From Hormiphora californensis (Eukaryota > Animalia > Ctenophora), in the NCBI GenBank assembly GCA_020137815.1, contig CM035361.1:2108001-2172000 (forward strand): a stretch of DNA of 64,000 nt. The letters are read 5' to 3'. The position numbers and the translations under genes were made by a program. The notes under the pieces are model-generated. The model saw only the letters and a program-made list of their open reading frames with translations. It was not told the DNA's origin and ran no database searches. Positions 1 through 13,929 of the stretch are shown here, piece after piece (position 1 is the stretch's first letter; each line of letters starts with the position of its first letter).

Positions 1-16
1 TGCGTCAAATCCGGAG

Positions 17-298
17 ATGCTTTATCTGATAACATATTGCAACACATGCCTAGTATTCGCCTCCCAACTCCTCTTCACGACCTCCATCTACGCCTATTTC
101 GGAAAACGTGATTTCGGGGTAAAATACGGTTTAGTTCGGGCGGGCCCGGGGTTAGCGGTTCTTGCTTTTGGTATGATGATGAAGACAGTTGAGATTTTTA
201 AATCGTGGTCCGGGATTTATCACGGCATGACGGGTTTGTGTATTGGGGCAGGACTTCTGACAGTGTTCTTGACTAATCATCGGATTGTGAGACGGTGA
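17..298 (+). CDS. 3' end of a hydrophobic, probably membrane-protein ORF that begins before the window
   Basis: Open frame with about three hydrophobic segments, ending TGA at 296-298; family not recognised. Confidence 0.35.
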   Translation: MLYLITYCNTCLVFASQLLFTTSIYAYFGKRDFGVKYGLVRAGPGLAVLAFGMMMKTVEIFKSWSGIYHGMTGLCIGAGLLTVFLTNHRIVRR

Positions 299-310
299 TC
301 AAGAGAGCGC

Positions 311-445
311 TGACAGTGAGCTCAGATCGGGTCGGCGTCGACAGTGAGCTCAGATCGGGTCGGTGCCGACAGTGAGATCGGGTCGGCGTCGACAGTGAGC
401 TCAGATCGGGTCGGCGTCGACAGTGAGATCGGGTCGGCGCCGGCA
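311..445. repeat. Tandem copies (about 24-29 bp) of the GACAGTGAG(CTCAG)ATCGGGTCGGCG motif
   Basis: About five copies are visible; the same motif recurs at 7100, 34770, 35849 and 52374. Confidence 0.8.
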
Positions 446-826
446 GGCAGCTGGTGGTATGAGGCTTTTGGGTGAGCATGAGGGGGAGAGAGACTGGGAG
501 AAAGAAAGAATGATGGAGAGTAAGAGAGAGAGCGAAATTGATAAGATGTGAAACTCTATTTTATATTATTAAATTTGGGTTTATTTTGTTTGAAATTAAT
601 TTCATTTTGGAACATTTTGAATCAGTTGTTTTGTTTTATACGGGCTATTGAGGCAAATTCTTTTCAAACGTGGACTCACTGGACAGCTTAGTGAAAATTT
701 AATTGACCATCTGGTTGAGTTATATTGGCCTGAAGATAAATCAAAATTAATTAGCACCTATTTCAGAAATGACAGATGGTTCCGCTAAAATCTCAAAACG
801 AAGATCCATTCTCCATTTCTCTGAAG

Positions 827-2099
<1,273 letters not shown>

Positions 2100-2358
2100 T
2101 CATTATACAAAGTGACAGTTAGTACCCGGGACCATTTGGACACTTGAATTGAAACTCGGTAAATTGTGGGTGTTAAACGTAAAAATAAGTTGAAATAAAA
2201 AACGATTCAAGACAGTGTAAAAATGTCTCTCTGTAGACTCTCTCTCTCTAACGTGACACTTCATCATCTTTCTCTACTATTCACAATTAGTAGCTGATAT
2301 CAACATTCAACACTCATATCTGGAGTATGTTCAGCTCAAAAATACCACAAAAAGAGTA

Positions 2359-2434
2359 CAGTCGGACCCCGATTTACCGAGATCGGGCTTCCGACTTCCG
2401 GTAAATAGGGGCCTGGTAAATCGGGGTCCGACTG
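2359..2434. mobile_element. Short MITE of the CAGTCGGACCCCGATTTACC family (Tc1/pogo-like, TA TSD)
   Basis: TA|CAGTCGGACCCCGATTTACC ... GGTAAATCGGGGTCCGACTG|TA. Confidence 0.8.
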
Positions 2435-2801
2435 TACCTAACTCTCATAAATCAGACTTTCTCCGTTGTTGTCAGGTTATAACAGGTGGGCACATATCAA
2501 TATTGAGTTCGTTACACATGATATAATACATCTACAAAAACTTGACCCACTCAGCTGAGCTGCTCTGGTTCGCTTCTCGTGTTACTGATCTGTACCAGAC
2601 AGAATTATAGGACCAGAAAAAAGGTTCTAACTCCCGCTAAAATCTAACTCGCTTCAACATTGCCTAGAAATGTACACTTTACAAGTCTATGTTTCACAGT
2701 CTATCCCAGCTCAGTTTTTGAAGCTCAATATCATGTGGGGGTCGATGAAGATCTATACTCAGTATTGAGACTGAACAAATATTGTCAGAGATATATCTGC
2801 T

Positions 2802-5800
2802 TTAAACTCGGATAGTCTTCTTTTTCTGTGATTTCCTCTTCCGTTGCCAACACAACATCGACCCAGCCAGGATAGCAACTCCCAAACTTGTAACACCAGC
2901 ACCTTCGGAGAAAATGGGGGGTTGAAATCGGAGGGATAAGATTTAATATACAGGGTGTCCCATATATTCTCCGGGTCGGTTGGCGAGCTGTCACGCAAAA
3001 ACGGTGATAGTTGTGTGAAAACAAACTGCGGGAGTGTGCTGGATTAATTCCTTCCTAACTGATGGCTTTGTTTTAAAATTAAATTTCAAAAGTTAATTTT
3101 TCATGAATGAACATTGCTGCCGTTCATTCATGAATTCTGAAATATTGTTTACCTTGAGTAAGTAACTTTTCTTTGGCTCGCAATTATCTTTCCATTGAGC
3201 ACCATAAAACTCAAATTGAAGCACCAGGTCACATGAAAGTTGAGAAAATGAACATGCATGATTTTGGCTCTTTTTGCGACTTTCAATCGGCTGTATCACC
3301 GCTACCTTACCTTTAATCTTTTTGAAACTTTGGGTGAACATTGGATAAGCAAAGATCTTTGCTCACAAGAAAAATCAAGGTCTAAACTCAAAGTTCATTT
3401 TTAAGTTTTGGTAGTTCATTCCACTCATTCAGGAACCAACAACCCTAAAGTGATGGAAAAGTGTTGGATTTTGTTTGGCCAATGTCCTGCAATGACAGAG
3501 AGGTGTAGTAACGTGTTTCCGGGCTAGTTAGTGGGTGTCCATGTGATCTTGGTGATACCTGACACCTTCACTGAGCAATAATTAAGGTATTTTCTCAAAT
3601 TCAAGCATGTGATTTGGGTTTTCTGCGATTGGTATCGTGCAGCAATGTTAAGAGATCTCATAGCCCCTCGAAAATGATGGTTAGTTCAATGAAATGAGTT
3701 GATTTATGATCGAAAATGGTCGTTGAGTTCAATGTGGCATCGGTTTTAATCTTATTGATCATAAATCAACTCAATTTATTGAACTTATCATCATTTTTGA
3801 GGTGCTATGAGATCTCTTAACATTGCTGCACGATACCAATCGCAGAAAACCCAAATCACATGCTTGAATTTGAGAAAATACCTTAATTATTGCTCAGTGA
3901 AGGTGTCAGGTATCACCAAGATCACATGGACACCCACTAACTAGCCCGGAAACACGTTACTACACCTCTCTGTCATTGCAGGACATTGGCCAAACAAAAT
4001 CCAACACTTTTCCATCACTTTAGGGTTGTTGGTTCCTGAATGAGTGGAATGAACTACCAAAACTTAAAAATGAACTTTGAGTTTTGACCTTGATTTTTCT
4101 TGTGAGCAAAGATCTTTGCTTATCCAATGTTCACCCAAAGTTTCAAAAAGATTAAAGGTAAGGTAGCGGTGATACAGCCGATTGAAAGTCGCAAAAAGAG
4201 CCAAAATCATGCATGTTCATTTTCTCAACTGTCATGTGACCTGGTGCTTCAATTTGAGTTTTATGGTGCTCAATGGAAAGATAATTGCGAGCCAAAGAAA
4301 AGTTACTTACTCAAGGTAAACAATATTTCAGAATTCATGAATGAACGGCAGCAATGTTCATTCATGAAAAATTAACTTTTGAAATTTAATTTTAAAACAA
4401 AGCCATCAGTTAGGAAGGAATTAATCCAGCACACTCCCGCAGTTTGTTTTCACACAACTATCACCGTTTTTGCGTGACAGCTCGCCAATCGACCCGGAGA
4501 ATATATGGGACACCCTGTATATATAACTGAATACTGGGGAACAATCTGATTTGAAGGAGAAGGGAACAAAGATTTTGAACGGAATATGCAGTATCTTGAA
4601 CTGTAGGATTTCAATCCAAATTGGGAAATGTTTACCAGCATAAGCGATGGGTATTTGATGGTTAGGTCCAAACAACCCAAATAACTCAACTATCACGCCA
4701 ATAATCCCTGCACCAATCAAAAATACCCCTGAATAGGAAACAGGAATATTAGAAAATACTAAATTCAAAAATTGAAAAACAATAGTCAGAGTCTTCTAGC
4801 TTTTATAGTTGTCTAGGTAGGTGGCAATATGGTACCAACAACATTCTATACTTACCCAAAAACATAACGCAGCTGTAACAATACATTCCATCTGTTGGGG
4901 GAGGCGTGTAGTTTTGAACACTTTTAGCAAAGTTGTACTTTTCTGGACCTCCTGGAATTCCACCCTGCTGAAGTGCGAACTAGGGGGTGAAGGATGGGGT
5001 ATAGGGAGAGGGGGTGAGATGTGAACTAGGGGGTGAAGAAAGGAGGAGAGGAGATGAGGGGGGGTGTGCGAAAAATGGGGTAAAGGATGGGGTATAGGGG
5101 AGAGAGAGAGATGGGGTGGGTGAAAGATGGGGTAGAGATGGCAGAGGGGGTGAGATGTGAACTAGGGGGTGAAGGATGGGGTATAGGGGAGTATAATAGG
5201 ATTGAGATAATATTGAGATAATATTATGTTCTTCCTTTAGTAAAAGTAACGATCTCTCTCACCTGATGCCCATTGTACCCCTGGCTCATTAACAGTGGGT
5301 CACCCTGCTGCCCATCCATCTGGTACTGGTCTGGATACACCTGTTCTGGATCATACTGTGCCAGCATGTACTGGTCATGTTGGTCCCCCCGTGGCTGGTA
5401 GAGATTGTCACCTGCAGAGAAATGGGGGATAGTTCGCTTGGTTAGTGTGTGAAGAAGGCCTTGTTCGACCTTCACGAGTCGATAATCGCGCCCGAAAAGT
5501 TTTTTTTATATTTTAAATATGCTTCACTAAAATGCTTCAGCTTTTGACTTGGTTACTTTTTATGAAGGATAAAACTCATTTTGCTTAATTTAATGGAAGA
5601 TCTTTTAGCAACTGCCGAAGTTATAATTACCTCCATCTAATTATCTAATTATCTGCTAATTACCTCCAGCTAATTATCTAATTATCTGCTAATTACCTCC
5701 AGCTAATTATCTAATTATCTGCTAATTACCTTCAGCTAATTATCTAATTATCTCCCTGATCAATTACCGGGTTGTTGGTGTTGTTGTTGCAGTAAATACT

Positions 5801-8595
5801 GTTGATCTGAAGGTTGCCCAGCATAACACGGAGGTGTTGTCTCTGCTGATAGTGTCGGGGGTGGTGGAGGTGGGGGTGGATATCCACAGTCCTCCTCTTC
5901 CTCCTCCACTAGTGGTGGTGGCGGAGTGTAGGGGTTATAGAAGTGGTCAGTAGGGGATGTGTCAGCAGTAGCTATCATGTGAGTTAGGTGAGGATGCGGC
6001 AGAGGATGCTGAGCTGATGCGGGGTCTAGGGAGTAGCTGGTAAAGGATGCACATAACAAACATAATAAGAACAAGACACTGTGAGTATTCGTGCAAACAC
6101 TTCTCCAGAGATTACGTGATATACAACATACATTTAATAAAGATTTTATATCCTTAGTTAGTTAGTTACTTAGTATTATACATGCGTTAAGAGGAACATG
6201 AAGATTGAAGACACATGGCATAATGAATTTGGGAAGATAACAGCTACAACAACGATTAGATAACGCGTGAAAAACCACGGTGTCACGCGTGATTTTAAAA
6301 GATCTCACGCGTGGCATTCTAACGTACCAATGGCTTTAGCTCTCATTAGATCCCCAGCATATATTGGTTGTTGTGGTTGTTGGACAGGTTGGGGCTGACC
6401 CAGTGTGTCTAGTTGTGGTTGGTCAGGGATGGTGCCGTCTGGGGCGATATAACCTTCCATACCCTCCTCTCCTAGCTCCAAACCCTGCAGAGGAAAGAAG
6501 GATTAAATAGACAAATTTGGATATTACCTCCCCTACCCCTTCAGTCTATTATTTAGCTATTGACCACTGTAGAGAAACAAGTTAATTTAATTCTTAAAAA
6601 ACATTTTATCGACTACAATTCAATACGGCACCAGAAACATTGTTCGTTGACTCTACAAAACTGGGGTTATAGGGAGGGGGCCTTTGGAGGAATGCTGATG
6701 AGGATGCTTGTACTGTATACGGGGGTGGTGGATCTAAATTAACAGCCGATCTAGTAGAATGGTTTGGAGCAGAGATAGATCGTTGGTACTGTGTTGTTGA
6801 AGAGGATGATTGTGTTGATGAAGGAGTAGAGTTGTTGCTAGTTTCGGGTTTTTTCTTCCGTCGGATTATTTTCACAAAGTCACTTATAACGCTATCCGTT
6901 AATTGCGAGTAGTTTTGAGAGGACAGGTAGGCGAGGGTCTCTGCGTCGAGAGGTGGAGAAGACATGGCAAACTAAAAATGTTGGATTTGGGTAATCAAAA
7001 GATGATTCAGTGGTATACACTCAAGATCAGGAATAAATAAAGCTCTGTACAAGCCGATTTCCACAGATTTTGCTCAAAGTCAAAGTTAAGGAATGGATAT
7101 CTGGCGGCGCCGACCCGATCTGAGCGCACTGAGAATCAAAACGGGGTCTGTAGCGGCGCCAGACAGAGAGATGAAAAGAGGCTCAAAAATTTCACCTAAG
7201 CTGCCACGAACAAAAGATAAATAACAACGACTGGTATAACTGTGATTAATCCGGTTGGCACTGGTATAGCTAGGCGTGATCTCATACCATAATAGGTAGT
7301 AAATCGCTAACTAACCCATCTCTATTGAGCTGCAACATGATGAGATAAGTGCTAACTAATCCTGCAGTAGCCATGCTGTCTCTAGGACATGACTCAAGAA
7401 GTGCTAACTAAGATCTGCAGGCTGCTTATGTGATGGACACTGGCTTGTTTGCACCAGGGTATTTTCGGTGCAGTTCACACCTTCCTGCTAGCAAGATATG
7501 GGTGCCAACTGGCGGGGAGAGAGAGAGAGAGTGTGTGTGAGAGAGAGAGAGAGTGAGAGAGAGAGAGAGTGAGAGAGAGAGGCCGAAGAACCAGTTATCT
7601 TCAGGCCTAGTTAACATGAACTTGCAACTTTGTGCAGAGAACGTAACAAGATCAATTAATCCATGGTAGTCATATGATTATCAGCATGAAAAACAACTCT
7701 CCAGTCTCTTTCACATCAGGCAAGTTCAGTTAAAGTTAAATGTTGAAGACCAGTCGAGTTTTGATTTTATAGAAAAAGAAGTAACCGCGGAGCTGAACAC
7801 TTTTTTGAAGCTGTATATTTAACACAAGAGCCCTGTCCTATAAAAACCGTCAATATAGCTTCAATTATGCGGCGGGTGCGTTAATTAAGGAGCACTGTCC
7901 CGCCCTCTCATGGTCGACATTATAGTACCGCAGAGGCAAGCTATTGCGGTACTCATTTTCAATTTCGTGGAACTCGAAATTAAGTGCAGTACTGGATTGT
8001 AAAACTAAAACGTACTGCGATCCCATTTCAAGATCCCATTTCATTCCAATTCTCTATAACTATAGTGGCCAACATGTTCCTTCCAACATATTGTGTTCCT
8101 TCTAACTCATCTCAAATTGCACGTACCTGTGGATCACGTGGCATTCCGTTGGCATCCAGTTTCTCCCCTCCCTCCTCCTGGTTCTGAGAAAACTGTGAGG
8201 CAATCAGGCTAGCACCCGCAATACCTGTATAATGGGGGAGGGGTTGTGATAATTCAGTATAACTAACATAGCTCTTGCCAACCCATGTGGTTGTGTAGTC
8301 ACTATAGTGAATAAACAACCACATGCCACTGCCAAACTGACTATAGTCAGTTTGGCAGTTAAATCTTTCTTGAAATCTACTAAATTATTAAAACCTTTAA
8401 GGGGGCCCAACTCTAAAATATAACAATTTTAAGAAATCTACTATAAAAACCTCTAAAGTCTAAAACTCTAAAATATAATGTAAGAATTAAGTACCTGAGG
8501 CAGCTTGAAGCATCCTTGGATCCATGTGGCTGGACAATGCGGAGGGAGTGTTTGTTGTAAGTCCTGTTCCTCCCACCCCCATAGCGTTCTGCAAC
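2802..8595 (-). CDS. Constant region of a two-TM membrane protein (TMEM100/PIRT-like); exons 8595-8495, 8224-8127, 6484-6328, 6025-5768, 5411-5263, 4979-4856, 4728-4636, 2902-2802
   Basis: Eight GT-AG exons join in frame (junction phases 1,0,1,1,0,1,1; first exon starts in phase 2). C-terminus: YCYSCVMFLGVFLIGAGIIGVIVELFGLFGPNHQIPIAYAGAGVTSLGVAILAGSMLCWQRKRKSQKKKTIRV*. Confidence 0.85.
2951..4517. mobile_element. 1.57-kb near-perfect palindromic non-autonomous Tc1/mariner-type element
   Basis: TA|CAGGGTGTCCCATATA ... TATATGGGACACCCTG|TA; arms about 750 bp; identical mirror ORFs at 3093 and 4127. Confidence 0.92.
5624..5753. repeat. Short tandem repeat (about 33 bp, CTAATTATCTAATTATCTGCTAATTACCTCCAG)
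   Basis: About four copies visible. Confidence 0.85.
6606..6965 (-). CDS. Ser-rich ORF with two PPxY motifs; possible internal first exon of the two-TM gene or a small nested gene
   Basis: ATG 6 nt after TTTTAG; motifs PPPPY and PPPY; lies in the intron between constant exons 2 and 3. Confidence 0.45.
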   Translation of the reverse strand: MSSPPLDAETLAYLSSQNYSQLTDSVISDFVKIIRRKKKPETSNNSTPSSTQSSSSTTQYQRSISAPNHSTRSAVNLDPPPPYTVQASSSAFLQRPPPYNPSFVESTNNVSGAVLNCSR

Positions 8596-8827
8596 CTGGA
8601 GGAATAATTAGAGATAATTGGAGGTTATTTATAGAGGTTAAAAGAGATAATTTTAGAACCGTTGTAGTTCCACTAGCCCGAACCCGACCCCGGTTTTTAA
8701 ATAGAAATATAGAGAAGGGTACTAAAAAAGAAAGAGAATATGAAACAGTGATTAGTATGATCGACTTAGTTGAGCATTGGGCAATATGATATTGGAAGTT
8801 AATCTACATCAACTACCCTGACCTCCA

Positions 8828-8901
8828 GGAACCGACCGAAACAAGTAAACAACCAATCAGAACTCGTTATTTAGGTCACGTGACTGGTTATCAGCCAATC
8901 A
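8828..8901. repeat. Dispersed short repeat (translates as EPTETSKQPIRTRYLGHVTGYQPI)
   Basis: Recalled as an abundant Pleurobrachia repeat; only one copy here, so it cannot be verified from the window. Confidence 0.5.
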
Positions 8902-8931
8902 CGGTCCAATTTTCAGTTTATCGACACTTAC

Positions 8932-9682
8932 AGCGGCTGCTCATCATCATCAGAATCCTCCATCTCCCTCGTAGCGGAGGGTGGCTCTTGAAGGAGTGTA
9001 GTGCCTCATGCTTTACTGATACTCTGATGTACCAATACCAGTCCCCTTCTTCACAAGCATGTGACCCACCCTTACTACTTGGTCTAGTAGTCGCCTTGTG
9101 AGATGCAGATGCGAGTTTCTTGGTCAGCAATTCAGCTCTTGATAGCGCGTGGATCACCCCAGCTGAATTGGCGTGTTTCACACTTTTGGAGCTTGTCCCA
9201 CTTCCACTTCTCTTGTGGCACTGATCAGGTCCTGTCATTGCCCGCTGCCTCCGTGAAGGGGAGGGTGCGCTGCCAGGTCTCCGTGATGGGGAGGGAGATC
9301 CCCCAGGTCGGTGTGTCTGTTGACCACTCTTCAAAGAATGTGTTCCTGTTGCTGGGTAGCCTTCAGAGCGTGAACCCCTGTCTGCTGGGTAGTCTTCAGA
9401 GCATGATGAATCGATCTGGTGCTGCATGATGTAGTCGTCCTTTTGGGGATACAGGGGGCTGACTTGGCATGCTTGTGGTTGTGCAGCATGAGTGGGTTGC
9501 CATGGTGCGCTACTGCTACTTTCTTGAGCGGAGACCGGGGTCTGGGAGAATAGCTGAAGGTTGAGGAGCGGACTCTCGCGGGTTGTGCACGGGTTGTTGG
9601 GTTAGTGAAGGCGAATTTGTTGCAGTTGAGGTTTGTGTTGGATTGTCGAATACTGGACATTATGGTGTGTGTAGAAGTAGAA
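8932..9682 (-). CDS. Variable module V1 (Ser/Arg-rich, MSSIRQS...EMEDSDDDEQPL), needs two frame changes
   Basis: Acceptor CCCAG before 9682, ATG at 9660, donor GTAAGT at 8931 that is phase 2 in the acidic frame; overlapping ORFs 9331-9660 and 8918-9427. Confidence 0.45.
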
Positions 9683-9909
9683 CTGGGTAGGACTCATCGA
9701 TGCTCGGCAAGGTTTGGGGTTGGATCTTTCAGGATTTCTGGAGCTGATCGAGTTGTTTCAGATATAGTTTCAAAATATAATTTTAGACTGAGTTTAGAGA
9801 AAGCAAAACATTTCCGGTCTCTTGAAATGTGCGAGGTCGTGATCTCCGAGTTGTTAAACATGCACGATAAAACTTCGGGGGATAGAAAGAGAGAGAAAGA
9901 GGGAAAGAG

Positions 9910-10368
<459 letters not shown>

Positions 10369-10871
10369 CACATCCATCCACAGATCCTCTTCTAAAATTC
10401 TACATGTGAGTGTATGTGGACCAATCTTTAAAACCATGTTATTGTGTGACGCGGAGTGCAGTTATTGCATGCTGTGTGATGAAGGTATACCGGCAAGCTG
10501 AGCTGCGGTGGGGATTATGGTCATTATAAATGAGACTTGTTCTTGGTCATTTTAAATCTTCCAAACTAGAGCAATGCAGGAATTGTAGAGAAGCTAGTAG
10601 TAAGTAGAATAGAACTAGATCTAGCATTGAACGTACGGTACGTGATAAGCAAGGTACACGGTTTGCTTGAAGGTATTTCAGAGAAAACTTCAGGGAATAG
10701 TCGGGAAGAACCCTGATACCTGAGGCTCCAGGGCTGAGGTTCAACTTACAGCTATATGACTGATTTCCCCCAATGACTATGGATTTTGATTTCATACCGA
10801 CACATTTCAAAAACCACTAAACACAACCAACTAAATATGCTTCACATCAGATGATTGCTGTTGCAACTTAC

Positions 10872-12774
10872 ATGGCCTTGCTGCTGTTAATACTGCTGAC
10901 CGACATTATTGGTGACAGAACGGCTGGTTGCTGGGTGACATGTCCCAAGCCTGGGTTATTTGAGAGATGGGTGTCTGAGGCTGAGGGTGTGGGTGGTCTT
11001 TCGTGGTCTGGTGATGAGGATCTTCCATCGATATCGCTGAGGTTTAGGCACCCGGTACTTCGGTTAAGGTTGGTCTTGGAGCCCAACCCCCCACCACCGC
11101 TCACCTGTAATCTGTGACGGCGTTATAATATCATGTTGACCATATGATAGGGACTTTAATTGGTAGACAACGTCTTAATTAGGAGTCAATTAGATCTAGA
11201 CAACTTTCCAAAATAAAACTGGGAAATGAAAAAGCTGCAGTATGTTAACCCTTTGGGGACGATAAGCCCCCTGTCGACAGAATTCTCTAAAACTTCCTGG
11301 AGACACTTACTTTGAACCTACTTGAACGCAGGAAAAGGAATTTTGGTTCTACCACCTGTATTTCTATTGGGTCACCTGTGACCCAATCGTCCCCTAACGC
11401 TAAAACAGGAATTGAGATTTCGCAGCTATTTTGCCCCATAACTCGAAAACCGCTCATTTTAGGCCCTATGTTTCTTCATAACACTTATATAAACCCGGCC
11501 ATTCTGCACATTTTGCACACCCTATGGACCTCTCTATCTCATCTGTAGCCGATTTTAGAATTTCAAAATTGGCCGAGATGAAAATTTTTATGAAGGAGCA
11601 CGGATCTCAAAAATTTTTTCATCAACTCCCTATGATGTTGAGATAACAATGATGGAGTCGGTTAGTCGCTAGCACCAGTTTTAAAAATGCCGTTTTAGAC
11701 ATTTAACGGCGGCCATTCCTTTAGAAATGCTCGTAAAATGCAAATTTCTGTTTTAGCGTTAGGGGACGATTGGGTCACAGGTGACCCAGCACTTTGAAGG
11801 CCTCTGAGAGGCACAAAATTTGGAATATCACCCTGAAACTTTACCCCGGGGTAAAATACACACTTTTCTTGCATTTTCCAAGTCCATTTTAAGCACACTC
11901 GTACCAATTTTGAGATATGGCCATTAAACTACCCATTTTGCCTACCAAATGCACTGTTTTAGCCCTGTTTTCCGAAGTCGACAACTTCAGAGGCTCAAAA
12001 CGACCTCAAAATGGTAGAAAAATGTATGTTTCAACCCTGGAAACAACTTAAAACTTTCAAACATGATCTATATAGACGCTAAATGGGTTCAAAGTACTGG
12101 GTCACCTGTGACCCAATCGTCTCCAAAGGGTTAACCTGTCTGGAAGCCCCTTACTGCCCAAAGTCCCCTTTTTCTGTGCATCCGACAGGAAAAGATTCGT
12201 CATACTCTTATTGACCGCTGTCATGGATAGAGCTGTAGCACTTGGTCCGACGCTCATTTGACGCTCTAATCTACCACGACCCCCTCCAAGGGCTGACATA
12301 GCTTCTTTGCTTGTTCCGGATACGTGCCCGCTGTTTCGACGGTATTCCTCACGAACAAATTCGTTGCCAACAACATTTCCTGAGTGTAGAGTCAAACTAG
12401 TTTATGAAGGAGTAAAAAATGTTTATGAAGGAGCATGTTTCATATTCTCCTTCGCGATCGGTAAATTTATAAAGGAAGACACTTAGTTTTATAAAGGAGT
12501 ATTGAGTAAGTTCAAGCTTCGCACCACACAGCATGTATCAGGTTGTACCTAGACCGGTTGGTCGAGCAAGTGCCATATTCGATCCTCCACAGGTGGCCAA
12601 ATGTGACTGCCTTGAATTAACAGCGATGGGACCTGTCACCGATCTTCCTGTTGATCCTTTGGGTTTTGAAGGGCCCCCTTTGGCGCTTCCCGCTTTAGCA
12701 CTACCCCCCTTGGCACCCTTTGCCCCACCTCCTTTCGCTCCACCCACTCTCTTCGGACCTGGCTTGGGTGGCAT
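10872..12774 (-). CDS. Variable module V2 (MPPKPGPKRVGGAKGG...); exons 12774-12549, 12379-12136, 11111-10872
   Basis: GT-AG junctions in frame (phases 1,2); last donor AT|GTAAGT is phase 2; ATG 3 nt after GTGCAG. Confidence 0.65.
11249..12130. mobile_element. piggyBac-type MITE
   Basis: TTAA|CCCTTTGGGGACGAT ... ATCGTCTCCAAAGGG|TTAA; internal repeats GGGTCACCTGTGACCCAATCGT. A similar terminus occurs at about 51013. Confidence 0.88.
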
Positions 12775-12991
12775 CTCCTGCACTATAATAATTTTCAAGA
12801 AGATATATTCATTTTTAAATTATATCAAAATCAATACTGGGAAAAATCAAATAATATCAACTAAAGCATGGTTTAAATAAGGAGCAAACGAGTGAAACAT
12901 TTGGACAAGTGATCTGTGAAATCTGTCTACCACACGTACTAGCAGAGTATCTGCGAGCAAATGATTCTACTTTACGGTTTAAAAACTGTGT

Positions 12992-12998
<7 letters not shown>

Positions 12999-13070
<72 letters not shown>
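12999..13070. repeat. (GA)n microsatellite
   Basis: Direct reading. Confidence 0.95.
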
Positions 13071-13079
<9 letters not shown>

Positions 13080-13267
13080 GAGAAAGGCCAAAGGAGAGAG
13101 ATAGAGTGAGAGAGGTAGAGAGAGAGTGAGAGAGAAATGAGAGAGCAACGCACCATGTGACAAGCAAAAAGAAAGAGTGTTCTCGAAAAAAGAGAAAAGT
13201 ACTGGAAAGAAAATGAGATAATCGATGTAATAAAAGTACTCATGCAGCACAATATATTGAAACTTAC

Positions 13268-13929
13268 CTTTTCTTTTTCCCAAATCGAAACCACGCAACA
13301 AAACCAGAACCCTTCTCCTTCTTATCTGGCTCACTGTACAACGGATACTGTTTCTTGGAAGGTTTTGATATCTGTATCTCAGGTCTCTGAATATCCTGGA
13401 CTACATGGTGGTTATGGTTTGTAGCTGGGCCAAGTTCTTTCAGCGGGTGTGATCCAACTTTGTCTGCAGGGTATCCAAGTTTGTCTGAGTACGTCTGTGG
13501 GACCCCTGTGTGTCGTTGGCCTAACTTAGGGGACACCGCAGGGACATTTTCCTTGTTTTGATCTGGGATTCCCCGTCTGTTCATCTTGGGAGAGACAGCA
13601 ATGAGAGCTGCACCAGCAACCAACAGAGTATTAGCCCCTGCATTCCTCCTCGCCACAGCTGGGGATTTAGCTTGGACAGACCTGATGTGGTGTCCATATT
13701 GGATATTCCCCTGCCCTGCTTTAGTGTTATGAGATCCTTTGACTCCTGTTCCCACTCCATGCCGACCACCTGATAGAGATCCGCCCTTACCCCGGACCCC
13801 AGGTCTGGCTCCAGCACCGGGTTTACCAGCCCGTCCACCCATCATCCGACCACCTCCCCCGGTAGTTTTACCACCCGGAACCATCTTACCTCCCATCTTG
13901 GCACCACCGGGTCGACCTTTAGGAGGCAT
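13268..13929 (-). CDS. Variable module V3 (MPPKGRPGGAKMGG...WFRFGKKK), single 220-codon exon
   Basis: ATG 12 nt after TTATCTAG; ends AG|GTAAGT, phase 2. Confidence 0.7.

Noticed and set aside
3093-4375. Duplicated 82-aa gene pair
   Set aside because: Mirror ORFs produced by the arms of a palindromic MITE; the same holds for 26089-26723.
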